This document shows, one piece after another, positions 1-7,774 of a stretch of 13,296 bases of DNA (positions are counted from its first letter, which is position 1; every line of letters begins with the position of its first letter). The notes under the pieces are model-generated. The model saw nothing but the letters and a program-made list of their open reading frames with translations. It had not been told where the DNA came from and did no database searches. The translations under genes and the position numbers were made by a program. Source of the stretch: an uncultured Gammaproteobacteria bacterium (GTDB lineage: Bacteria > Patescibacteriota > Microgenomatia > Daviesbacterales > UBA10151); NCBI GenBank assembly GCA_964360965.1, contig CAYHYM010000013.1, positions 1-13,296 of the forward strand, given 5' to 3'.

Positions 1-1426
1 GTAAAAGGTGAGTAGCTGTGTGATATTTTATCTCAGTTTCAGAATGCCCAGCCAAACCACCTTTAAATTTACCTATCTCAACACCTTTTGATCTTTCCTG
101 ATGTTGTTTTAACTCCTGATTATAAAATGGTTTAATAGCATTTATATCAAGACCTAGGTCTTGAGCTGTACCGAATGCTACAGATTCTGGGATACCCTTA
201 GATTGGTGGTAGTAGGCTATTGTTCCTGCACTGGATCTGGCAACCTCTAGATTTGGAAGTGTCTTATCTTGTAATAACTGTTCCTCAAAAGCAGTATAAT
301 CTGGCCCAGATAGGATTCCGTAAACACTCCCTCCTGTTTGACGGATTCTCTCATAAATATCATTAGATCGTTCTTTTAATTCTAAGTATTGCTCCCCATA
401 GGTAAGAATTATTTGCCCTACTATTTTATGTAGCATCTCCCATTCTAGTTTCTTATTTTCTTGAAATAGAGCTATCGTAATTAATCTATGCACAACGGAC
501 CCCCGAGAGTCCTTCGGATTAGGAGGTACACCAACAGCCACTAAAAAAGCCGCAGCTCTCAAATGATCAGCAATAATTCTTTTAGATTTTTCAGAGTAAT
601 TATTTTGGGACTTATTAATTTCTTCAATGATTGGTAAGAATAAATCTGTTTCATAATCATTATCTTTTTCATTTAAAACTGCTAATATTCTTTCTAAACC
701 CATTCCTGTATCCACATTTTTTTGCGGAAGTTCTTCCAAAGTTCCATCAGGTTTTCTATTAAATTGCATGAAGACATCATTCCAAACCTCTACCCATCTT
801 GAATCTTTGGGATCAAATTCTTCTGGTACCGGACTTTCTCCTGTCCAAATAAACATTTCAGTATCGGGGCCACATGGTCCCAAAGAATTTTTTAATTCAC
901 CAGTAAATATATCTTTTCTAGGAGTCGGCCACCAATTTGCTTCTTTTCCTAGGTAGGCAATTCTTTTTTCTGGAATTCCTAAGTCTTTCCATTTTTTAAC
1001 AGATTCCTCATCTCGAGGGACATCTTCATCTCCAGCAAAAACTGAAATAGCTAACTTCTCTACAGGAATTTTTAACTCTTCTGTTAAGAATTTAAAAGAT
1101 AATTCAATTGCTCTATCCTTCCAATAATCCCCTAACGACCAATTACCTAACATTTCAAAAAAGGTATGATGAATGGTATCTCCTACCTCTTCAATATCAT
1201 CAGTTCTCAGACATTTTTGAACATTAGCTAATTTATTTCCTTGAGGATGAGGTTTACCCATTAAATATGGAATTAAAGGTTGCATACCTGCAGAAGTGAA
1301 TAAAACCTTCTCTTTACCTGCTAACTGTTCTTTCTCTGAGGGTATTAATGGAGCTGATGGAATTATTATATGTCCATTTTTTTCAAAAAACTTCAGGAAT
1401 TTATCTCTTAATGCTTGAGATGTCAT
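1..1426 (-). CDS. alaS: Alanine--tRNA ligase, N-terminal 475 codons; the 3' end of the gene lies beyond the window start
   Basis: Absent from the supplied ORF track because there is no stop in the window. Hand translation of the reverse strand from ATG 1426..1424 is uninterrupted down to position 2. It reads MTSQALRDKFLKFFEKNGHIIIPSAPLIP...FTSAGMQPLIPYLMG...HHTFFEMLGNWSLGDYWK...GPCGPDTEMF...VDTGMGLERILAV...ADHLRAAAFL...KYHTATHLL. These are the class II AlaRS catalytic-core signatures plus the start of the HxxxH editing-domain motif. Confidence 0.93.
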   Translation of the reverse strand, partial: MTSQALRDKFLKFFEKNGHIIIPSAPLIPSEKEQLAGKEKVLFTSAGMQPLIPYLMGKPHPQGNKLANVQKCLRTDDIEEVGDTIHHTFFEMLGNWSLGDYWKDRAIELSFKFLTEELKIPVEKLAISVFAGDEDVPRDEESVKKWKDLGIPEKRIAYLGKEANWWPTPRKDIFTGELKNSLGPCGPDTEMFIWTGESPVPEEFDPKDSRWVEVWNDVFMQFNRKPDGTLEELPQKNVDTGMGLERILAVLNEKDNDYETDLFLPIIEEINKSQNNYSEKSKRIIADHLRAAAFLVAVGVPPNPKDSRGSVVHRLITIALFQENKKLEWEMLHKIVGQIILTYGEQYLELKERSNDIYERIRQTGGSVYGILSGPDYTAFEEQLLQDKTLPNLEVARSSAGTIAYYHQSKGIPESVAFGTAQDLGLDINAIKPFYNQELKQHQERSKGVEIGKFKGGLAGHSETEIKYHTATHLL

Positions 1427-1432
1427 GAAGGT

Positions 1433-1438
1433 ATTATA
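1433..1438 (-). promoter_or_regulatory. Exact TATAAT (-10-like) box 6 nt upstream of the alaS ATG; no Shine-Dalgarno sequence in between
   Basis: The minus strand reads aattgTATAATaccttcATG. No GGAGG-like element and no convincing -35. The geometry would place a transcription start on or next to the A of the ATG. Confidence 0.35.
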
Positions 1439-1577
1439 CAATTCCTTCTATTAAAAAATCTTGCATTGACACAAAGGGCGTTAAAAAATCGCAGTATTGT
1501 GGAGGAATTTGTGAGGGGCAAATTCCCCGAGGAGCAAAGACAAGATTTTAGCTCGAACATCACTTGCAGGAGTTTTG

Positions 1578-1603
1578 TGATACTTTTGCGACCAAAAGTA
1601 TCA
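1578..1603 (-). terminator. Perfect 11-bp stem with a 4-nt loop, 14 nt downstream of the stop of the 225-aa gene; possible terminator or 3'-end protective hairpin
   Basis: Forward sequence is TGATACTTTTG-cgac-CAAAAGTATCA. No U-tract follows it in either orientation, so it is not a canonical intrinsic terminator. Its position at the end of a transcription unit is suggestive. Confidence 0.35.
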
Positions 1604-1616
1604 AATTAAATTAAAT

Positions 1617-2294
1617 TTATTTATCTAAAAATTTAAAAGTGGAAAGGATCTGATCAAGCCACGTCTCATCTTCGGGATTATAACCTTCCGGAGGGTATGG
1701 GTCTGCGTCAAATCTTACAACAAATCCCTTACCTTGAATAAGTACAGAAAAGGTTTCATCATTAGTATCGTCTAAACAGACACTCATAGGTGGACAGCCT
1801 TTTGATCTCTCTATCAATCCCTGGTAACCATTAATGGTAGTTTTCTCAAACGTTTGTATGTATTTATCCTTTTTAATAACAGTTTTATTTTCCTCTGGAA
1901 ACTGTAATAATGTTGGATCTTCGCTTATCGAAACGATAAGTTTTTGTGAATCAATGTCATGAATACCTGCACTAGAGTCCTCTCTAAAACTATAATATTC
2001 ATCTACTTCACCTTTTTTGACATAAAGATTAGGATGGTATTTAAATAAGAATTGCCTTTTCTCATTTGTATATGTTTTCCAGTTTACTGTTTCCCCAGCA
2101 CCGGTCAGTGCAGGACTAGCAGTAGGTGAGGTTTGAGAAGTTTGTTGAGGATTTGGAAAAACTTTATTTTGATAAACAAAATATCCACCAATTACTGCAA
2201 CTACTAGTAAAACTATTAATATTGGAGCTAAGCCCGCTTCGACTCGCGTATTGTTAGTAGTATGTATGAAGCGAGGCGAGCCTTTTTGTTTCAT
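1617..2294 (-). CDS. Hypothetical membrane-anchored or exported protein: N-terminal TM helix, Pro/Ser/Thr/Gln linker, then an uncharacterised globular domain
   Basis: 225-aa ORF. The TM segment is LAPILIVLLVVAVIGGYFVY. The low-complexity linker PNPQQTSQTSPTASPALTGAG is followed by WKTYTNEKRQFLFKYHP, an opening I recognise as common in hypothetical extracytoplasmic proteins of uncultivated lineages. No SD. The ATG lies 3 nt after the stop of the upstream 49-codon ORF. Confidence 0.7.
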   Translation of the reverse strand: MKQKGSPRFIHTTNNTRVEAGLAPILIVLLVVAVIGGYFVYQNKVFPNPQQTSQTSPTASPALTGAGETVNWKTYTNEKRQFLFKYHPNLYVKKGEVDEYYSFREDSSAGIHDIDSQKLIVSISEDPTLLQFPEENKTVIKKDKYIQTFEKTTINGYQGLIERSKGCPPMSVCLDDTNDETFSVLIQGKGFVVRFDADPYPPEGYNPEDETWLDQILSTFKFLDK

Positions 2295-2297
2295 CTT

Positions 2298-2447
2298 TTA
2301 TTTTCTGATTCTGTGGGAAATAGAGGGGTGATGTTTAGAACGATCTATCAGACCAATAATAAAAGGCGCAACTACTACTAATCCTACTACCACTAAAATA
2401 GGATAAACCCCAAGTGCTAAAAATAATTTAATGATTTCTTCGTTCAT
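2298..2447 (-). CDS. Small hydrophobic membrane peptide (49 aa), below the ORF-track size cutoff
   Basis: Hand translation gives MNEEIIKLFLALGVYPILVVVGLVVVAPFIIGLIDRSKHHPSISHRIRK*. It has the strongest SD in the window (gaaGGAGGagaacATG). Its stop TAA is followed by AAG and then the ATG of the 225-aa gene, in the same frame. Confidence 0.55.
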   Translation of the reverse strand: MNEEIIKLFLALGVYPILVVVGLVVVAPFIIGLIDRSKHHPSISHRIRK

Positions 2448-2626
2448 GTTCTCCTCCTTCTTCCCAAACGATGTAAGTAAATTGATCCAATAAAAAGTAG
2501 TATTACTAAGCTAAAGTCTACCACAAATATGGTTGCCATGACAATCACTGAAAAGTCTTTCAAGAAATAAACTATAAGAGGAGCGAGGATAAATTAAAGT
2601 ACTTTTTTGTAAACAAGTTTGTAAAC

Positions 2627-2920
2627 TCACAAAGTTCGTTTATAGAACCTGCGGGATTTGGATGTTTCTTTTTTGCCTCTTTTAACCACATTTTTTAAAG
2701 CTTTTGCGCCAACACCTAAAGTGGTTATCAACCTGGATGCTGCAGCAACAGGCTTTTCTATATCTTGGGCAATCTCTTCCCCGGTTTCCAAAACTCTATT
2801 TAATCTTATTAATGCTTTTTGTAAATCCCTTAGGATAAAAAATACCTGAATGCCGGTTATCCCCAAAAATATAGACAAAAGCAGGATTAAAAAAATTAAG
2901 ACAACTTGTAAAAAATCCAT
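2627..2920 (-). CDS. Small membrane-anchored helical protein with DUF948-like architecture; function unknown
   Basis: 97-aa ORF with a good SD (aaAGGAGtaactgATG). It has an N-terminal TM helix (VVLIFLILLLSIFLGITGIQVFFIL), a helical segment and a basic C-terminal tail (KRGKKETSKSRRFYKRTL). The family assignment is by architecture only. Confidence 0.7.
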   Translation of the reverse strand: MDFLQVVLIFLILLLSIFLGITGIQVFFILRDLQKALIRLNRVLETGEEIAQDIEKPVAAASRLITTLGVGAKALKNVVKRGKKETSKSRRFYKRTL

Positions 2921-2923
2921 CAG

Positions 2924-3562
2924 TTACTCCTTTAAATATACTGTTCTTTCTATTTTGGTGATTTTACCATTTTTTGAGGTGGCAGTCACCACAATCACAT
3001 TAACACTTTCTGAAACTTTCAGCTCCTGAGAAAAATTACCTTTTATATCAACTGGTATTCCCTGATTATTAACAGTCACTTTTGCTTCAGGGTCTGTTTT
3101 ACCTTTTACTTTAACAGACTCTATTTCAATACTCTGCTCACCCTTTGGTTCGATTACTTCCAAAAAAGGAGGTCCCATTAAAAAACGGTATTCAAACCAA
3201 AGATAACTAAAAAAAACAACAAGCATCCCTATGACTAGTCCTGAAAAAACCCTGGGGGGGGTTAGGAAAAATCTTTTTTTATCAAGTGGATTTGACAGGG
3301 CATCAAGTATTTGAGGAGGATTTTTTTTATCGGAGAACTCGCGCCTGAAGATGGCTAATACTTTTTCCTCTTCAACTGCCAAAAATTTACAATAATTTCT
3401 GATAAAACCCTGAATAAAAGTTGGCGGAGGAAGTTTGGCCCAATTATCTTGCTCCAATGCTTCAAGCAGTTCTTTTCTTATTTTGGTGGTCTTTTCCACC
3501 TCATCTAAGGTATAAAATCTTTTTTCTCTTTCCTCTTTTAAAATCTGCCCCACAGTTCTCAT
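2924..3562 (-). CDS. RodZ-like protein: N-terminal HTH domain, one TM helix, C-terminal beta-rich extracytoplasmic domain
   Basis: 212 aa. The N-terminus VGQILKEEREKRFYTLDEVEKTTKIRKELLEALEQDNWAKLPPPTFIQGFIRNYCKFL matches the RodZ/HTH_25 pattern (xLxxAREexGLsLedvaxxTrIrxxyLeAiEegdfxxLPgxvyvrGFlrsYArfL). A TM helix (VFSGLVIGMLVVFFSYLWF) follows, then a C-terminal domain of the kind seen in RodZ proteins. Confidence 0.7.
   Translation of the reverse strand: MRTVGQILKEEREKRFYTLDEVEKTTKIRKELLEALEQDNWAKLPPPTFIQGFIRNYCKFLAVEEEKVLAIFRREFSDKKNPPQILDALSNPLDKKRFFLTPPRVFSGLVIGMLVVFFSYLWFEYRFLMGPPFLEVIEPKGEQSIEIESVKVKGKTDPEAKVTVNNQGIPVDIKGNFSQELKVSESVNVIVVTATSKNGKITKIERTVYLKE
3254..3261. repeat. G8/C8 homopolymer inside the RodZ-like CDS
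   Basis: Eight consecutive G on the plus strand, the longest G/C run I found in this AT-rich window. It encodes T-P-P-R just upstream of the TM helix. Confidence 0.9.
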
Positions 3563-3569
3563 ATGGAAA

Positions 3570-3575
3570 ATTATA
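3570..3575 (-). promoter_or_regulatory. Exact TATAAT box 7 nt upstream of the RodZ-like ATG; no SD
   Basis: The minus strand reads TAAggTATAATtttccatATG, where TAA is the HIT gene stop. No -35 match at 17-18 nt. Confidence 0.3.
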
Positions 3576-3577
3576 CC

Positions 3578-3985
3578 TTATTTAAGGTTAAGAGCAGATT
3601 TAAGTTTTTCTGAGGTTTGTTTTCTTAAATCTGGACCTACTTCTTGTGGATTCCAATGGAGCATTATTCCATCATCATGCCAGCGTGGTTTAATATGCAA
3701 ATGAAAATGAAATACATCCTGATGGGCAGCCGACTCATTTGATTGAACTAAATTGACACCATCTGCTTCCATGACCTTTTTTACTATTTTGGCTATCTTA
3801 ATTGCTTCCCTCATTATCTCAGCCCCTGTTTCACCGTCCATCTCATAAATATTAGGGATATGTGCTTTGGTAACCACCAGTGGATGGTTTTCCAAAGATA
3901 AAAAGACAATTACCTTATCATTTTCATCAATAACATCTGCCGGAATTTCTTTTTTTATAATCTTACAAAAAATACAATCATTCAT
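3578..3985 (-). CDS. HIT-family (histidine triad) nucleotide hydrolase
   Basis: Histidine triad HFHLHIKP (HxHxHxx) and the typical N-terminus MNDCIFCKIIKKEIPADVI. I prefer the ATG at 3985 (MNDCIFCK...) over the track start at 4021. It gives the canonical HIT N-terminus and an 8-nt overlap with the ftsK stop (ATGAATGA). Confidence 0.88.
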   Translation of the reverse strand: MNDCIFCKIIKKEIPADVIDENDKVIVFLSLENHPLVVTKAHIPNIYEMDGETGAEIMREAIKIAKIVKKVMEADGVNLVQSNESAAHQDVFHFHLHIKPRWHDDGIMLHWNPQEVGPDLRKQTSEKLKSALNLK

Positions 3986-6062
3986 GTACTGCAGCCTTTT
4001 GAGTAAGATATTCTTCTGCATTTCTCACCAGTACATCCCGCGGTTTTGCTCCATCTCCAACGCCCACAATCCCTGCTTCCTCCAGCTCATCCAAAATCCT
4101 GGCAGCTCTGGCATATCCCACCCTCAGCCTCCTTTGCAAAAGTGAAGCTGATGCCCGATCATACTGGCAAACTACCCTGACCGCCTCTTCAAAAAGATCA
4201 TCCTGAACGCCACTGCCATTTCCTCTACCCCATCTGCCCAAAGGCATCTCAGTCACTTCAGCCGTATATTGGGGAGCAATCCCACTATTTTTAAGGTATT
4301 TAATTAAATTATTAATCTCCTCATCTTGTACCAGCACCCCTTGGATACGTATGGGTTTGGAAACATCGGGCGGCAAAAATAACATATCTCCCCGACCCAG
4401 CAGTTTTTCCGCTCCGGGAGTATCAATAATTACCCGTGAATCAATCATTGACGAAACATTAAAGGCTATCCTGCAGGGGATATTGGCTTTGATCAGGCCG
4501 GTGATCACATCTACAGACGGACGTTGGGTGGCAACCACCAGATGAATACCTGTAGCTCTAGCCATTTGAGCAATCCTGGTGATAGCATCCTCAACCTCAA
4601 CCGGGGCAAAAAGCATCAAGTCAGACAATTCATCAACAATTATGACTATATAGGGCAATGCTTGAAAACCGGACATCTCATTATATCCTGAGATGTTGCG
4701 TACAGAAACTGATTGAAAAAGCTTATACCTTCTCTCCATCTCAGCCATAGCCCATTTCAGCGCTGATAAAATTTTCTCTGGCTCATTAATAACCGGGGTT
4801 AGCAGATGCGGAATACCATTATAATTGCTCAACTCCACCCTTTTCGGATCAATCAAGATCAGTTTTAACTCATCAGGAGAATTTCTAAAAAGCAAAGACG
4901 CGATTGCCGCATTAATCAGTACGGATTTACCGGATCCTGTCGTACCAGCTATGAGTACATGAGGCATCCTGTCCAGATCAACAATCACCGGATTTGAGGC
5001 CGTATCTCTACCCAAAGCCACTGCCAGTTTAGATTTATGATTATGCATTTGATCTGATGCCAAAGCATCTTTCAGGCCAACCACTTCCAAACTGTGATTT
5101 GGCACCTCTATCCCCACCAAAGATTTACCTGGAATGGGAGCTTCAATCCTGACAGTTCCTGTTGGAGTGGCCAAAGCCAGAGCCAGATCATGTTGAAGGT
5201 TGGCAATTTTTGAAATCTTGGTACCTGCTGAAATCTCCAAAGCATACTGAGTTACTGCCGGACCGCCATTAACCTCAGATACTCTGGCCGCAACTCCAAA
5301 AGAATCCAAAGTTCTTTCAATAAGGGCAGCATTCTTTTTAACATCGCCGCGATCAGCCACAGACTCTATCTTATCTGATAAAAGAGACAGCGGAGGATAT
5401 TTCCATACCCTAACATTTCCTGCCACATTTTGAATCAGCTCATCAGATAATACCGCATGTTGCTCTCTTTCAACTTTTGGTTTTTCATCCACGCCGGACA
5501 CTTTAATTGGTATATATTTGGCCTCAAAGGTACGGGGTTTTACAAAAATAGGCTGCCAGATCCTGGCTTTGAAAAATTTAAAAATTGATATAAAAAAATT
5601 CACAATTTGTAAAATCGAAGTATTAAAAAATACCACCAGTCCCACCAAAAAAATCCCCACCAGCAGAATGATAGCCCCCGCAAAAGTAATAAATAGGCTC
5701 AGCTGCTCCCATAAAACTCTCCCCACCACTCCAGCTTGCCCTGGTATGACAGCGGCAGTTAAAGAAAGGCTGGAAATAATAAGCAGGAAAAGTCCCAGCA
5801 GTACATTAGTTTGAGCAAAAGCCCATTTAACTCTCTGTAGTACAAAACCGCAAATAAGGAAAATAACGGGAGATAAAAGATAAGCCCATCCCAAAATTTC
5901 AAATAAAAACCGGCGCCAAAACTTGAGAGATGCTACATCTGTTAATAAACTGATTAGTGAAAGTCCTGCCAAAATAAACGATACCAGAGAAGCAATAGCG
6001 GTGATTGTTTTTTGGCGCAATCTTAATTTTGGTACCGAATAAATTGATCTTCTTCTAGCCAT
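3978..6062 (-). CDS. ftsK: DNA translocase FtsK/SpoIIIE
   Basis: 694 aa with an N-terminal polytopic membrane domain. Motor domain has Walker A LIAGTTGSGKS, Walker B IVIIVDELSDL and ATQRPSVDVITG. The C-terminal winged-helix gamma domain reads LFEEAVRVVCQYDRASASLLQRRLRVGYARAARILDELEEAGIVG. Confidence 0.93.
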   Translation of the reverse strand: MARRRSIYSVPKLRLRQKTITAIASLVSFILAGLSLISLLTDVASLKFWRRFLFEILGWAYLLSPVIFLICGFVLQRVKWAFAQTNVLLGLFLLIISSLSLTAAVIPGQAGVVGRVLWEQLSLFITFAGAIILLVGIFLVGLVVFFNTSILQIVNFFISIFKFFKARIWQPIFVKPRTFEAKYIPIKVSGVDEKPKVEREQHAVLSDELIQNVAGNVRVWKYPPLSLLSDKIESVADRGDVKKNAALIERTLDSFGVAARVSEVNGGPAVTQYALEISAGTKISKIANLQHDLALALATPTGTVRIEAPIPGKSLVGIEVPNHSLEVVGLKDALASDQMHNHKSKLAVALGRDTASNPVIVDLDRMPHVLIAGTTGSGKSVLINAAIASLLFRNSPDELKLILIDPKRVELSNYNGIPHLLTPVINEPEKILSALKWAMAEMERRYKLFQSVSVRNISGYNEMSGFQALPYIVIIVDELSDLMLFAPVEVEDAITRIAQMARATGIHLVVATQRPSVDVITGLIKANIPCRIAFNVSSMIDSRVIIDTPGAEKLLGRGDMLFLPPDVSKPIRIQGVLVQDEEINNLIKYLKNSGIAPQYTAEVTEMPLGRWGRGNGSGVQDDLFEEAVRVVCQYDRASASLLQRRLRVGYARAARILDELEEAGIVGVGDGAKPRDVLVRNAEEYLTQKAAVHE

Positions 6063-6068
6063 ATAATT

Positions 6069-6074
6069 ATTATA
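6069..6074 (-). promoter_or_regulatory. Exact TATAAT box 6 nt upstream of the ftsK ATG, with a second TATAAT 3 nt further upstream; no SD
   Basis: The minus-strand intergenic region reads TAGctcatagtatatgaTATAATattTATAATaattatATG. Confidence 0.3.
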
Positions 6075-6097
6075 AATATTATATCATATACTATGAG

Positions 6098-7774
6098 CTA
6101 AACCTCTACCACTACAGGTAAAATTAACGGTCTTCTCTGTGTTACCTGATATAGAAATTTTTCCAGGTCATCTTCAATCATTCTACGTATGAATCTCCAA
6201 TCAAACATTTTTTTGCCGTGTTGAGTAATACTTGCCCTAACTACCTCTCTGGCCTGATGTAAAATATCTGCTGAAATCTTCTCAAAAACAAACCCCCTTG
6301 AGATAACATCTACTTCTCCTTCCAATTTACCATTATGCATATCAACAGGCACTATCACCACCACAATCCCATCCTCTGACATGACCTGTCTATCTTTAAG
6401 GATCACACTGCCTACGTCCCCCACCCCTAATCCATCAACATAGATATTTTTTACATCAATTTTACCATCAACTTTCAAAGAATCGCCCAATAGTTCAATT
6501 ACCTGACCATCTTCTATTTGCAAGATTCTTTTTTTCTCATACCCCATCTCCTCAAAAGTTTTGGCAAAAATCTTCATATGCCTAAAAGTTCCTCCTATAG
6601 GTAGCATATATTGCGGTTTAATTAAACCAACCATCAGTTTTAACTCCTCTGAAGCTGCGTGTCCGCTCACATGTAGGTCTGAGCTGATGCCGGAATAATA
6701 AACATCTACTCCCAGTCTGACCAAAGCATCAATTAAGGCATTCTGAGCTGATTCAGTGGAGGGGATTGGATCAGCAGAGAAAACCACACTATCCCCTTCT
6801 TTTAGTTTAACCTGCTTATGCTCCTCATTGGCTGCTCGAGACAAGGAGGAACCAGACTGACCTTGAGCTCCAGCAATTAGCACCAGTACTTTGGAGGGGG
6901 CAAAAGATTGTATTGCATCCGGGGCAATCACTAGCCCTGGAGGAATATGCAGATATCCCAGATCTCTGGCTACTTGAAAATTATTTTCAAAAGATCTACC
7001 AGCCAAGGCTATTTTACGTCCAACTCTAGCTGCCACATTAATGGCTTGTTGCATCCTGGAGACATTAGATGAAGTCATGGTAATTAGTAGCTTTCCTGCA
7101 GTTTCTAAGGCTACTTTTTCAAAGGTTGACTCAATCGACTGTTCTGATCTATTAAAGCCTGGTTTTTCAATTCTTAAACAATCAATTAGCAAAAAATTTA
7201 CCCCTTCTCTTCCAAGCTGAGCTACCTTTCCCACATCTGTTACCTGTCCTGATACCGGTGTCCAGTCAATCTTAAAATCAGCCTGATGAATAATGGTGGA
7301 GAAGGGGGTTTTAATAACTAGACCCATAGAATCAGGAATTGAATGAGACACCTGGTAAAAAAATACTGTAAAACTTCCCAATTTTAACTGCTGATCCAAA
7401 TTAATTTCAAATATTTTATTTTTAGTGATACCGTGTTCGTTAAATTTAGCTTTGATAAAACCCGCAGTTAGTCTCCTGGTATAAATTGGCACCTGAAGTT
7501 CCGGCCAGATGTAAGGCAAACCGCCTATATGATCATCATGCCCATGAGTAATTAAAATGGCCCTGATTTTTTCCTTTTTATCCCGCAGATATGAAATATC
7601 AGGAATGACCAGATCCACGCCCAGCATGGCCTCATCCGGAAATCCCACACCACAATCAATGATAATAATGTCATCCCCATACTCATACACATACATATTT
7701 TTGGTCACATCACCCACACCACCCAAAGGGATAATTTTTAAAGGTTGATTATTTCTATGATTAAACTTGTCCAT
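6098..7774 (-). CDS. rnj: Ribonuclease J (metallo-beta-lactamase / beta-CASP RNase)
   Basis: 558 aa. The N-terminus LKIIPLGGVGDVTKNMYVYEYGDDIIIIDCG, the HxHxDH motif ITHGHDDHIGG, the overall length and the C-terminal domain are typical of RNase J. The start overlaps the upstream gene by 14 nt. Confidence 0.9.
   Translation of the reverse strand: MDKFNHRNNQPLKIIPLGGVGDVTKNMYVYEYGDDIIIIDCGVGFPDEAMLGVDLVIPDISYLRDKKEKIRAILITHGHDDHIGGLPYIWPELQVPIYTRRLTAGFIKAKFNEHGITKNKIFEINLDQQLKLGSFTVFFYQVSHSIPDSMGLVIKTPFSTIIHQADFKIDWTPVSGQVTDVGKVAQLGREGVNFLLIDCLRIEKPGFNRSEQSIESTFEKVALETAGKLLITMTSSNVSRMQQAINVAARVGRKIALAGRSFENNFQVARDLGYLHIPPGLVIAPDAIQSFAPSKVLVLIAGAQGQSGSSLSRAANEEHKQVKLKEGDSVVFSADPIPSTESAQNALIDALVRLGVDVYYSGISSDLHVSGHAASEELKLMVGLIKPQYMLPIGGTFRHMKIFAKTFEEMGYEKKRILQIEDGQVIELLGDSLKVDGKIDVKNIYVDGLGVGDVGSVILKDRQVMSEDGIVVVIVPVDMHNGKLEGEVDVISRGFVFEKISADILHQAREVVRASITQHGKKMFDWRFIRRMIEDDLEKFLYQVTQRRPLILPVVVEV

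Noticed and set aside
1461-1603. Plus-strand promoter-like TTGCAT-17-AAAAAT (1461-1489) that could drive a plus-strand sRNA of about 100 nt ending at the 1578-1603 hairpin
   Set aside because: The -10 is weak and no U-tract follows the hairpin on the plus strand. Such matches are expected by chance in AT-rich DNA. It is worth a look only if transcript data exist.
1427-1616. T-box riboswitch or tRNA gene upstream of alaS
   Set aside because: There is no T-box consensus (GGUGGUACCGCG-like), no specifier-loop or stem I features, and the region is too short once a promoter is included. The GTTCGAGC string at about 1551-1558 has no flanking T-arm pairing and no acceptor or D-arm.
2608-2626. Direct repeat TGTAAAC-n5-TGTAAAC immediately after the 97-aa gene stop, and the nearby AAAGTACTTT palindrome
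   Set aside because: These are short AT-rich repeats with no hairpin potential (the loops would be too small) and no adjacent promoter. They cannot be told apart from chance without comparative data.
3986-4021. Longer HIT start at 4021 (MQKNILLKRLQYMNDC...)
   Set aside because: It would overlap ftsK by 44 nt and add a non-conserved extension. MNDCIFCKII at 3985 is the canonical HIT N-terminus and gives the common ATGA-type overlap.
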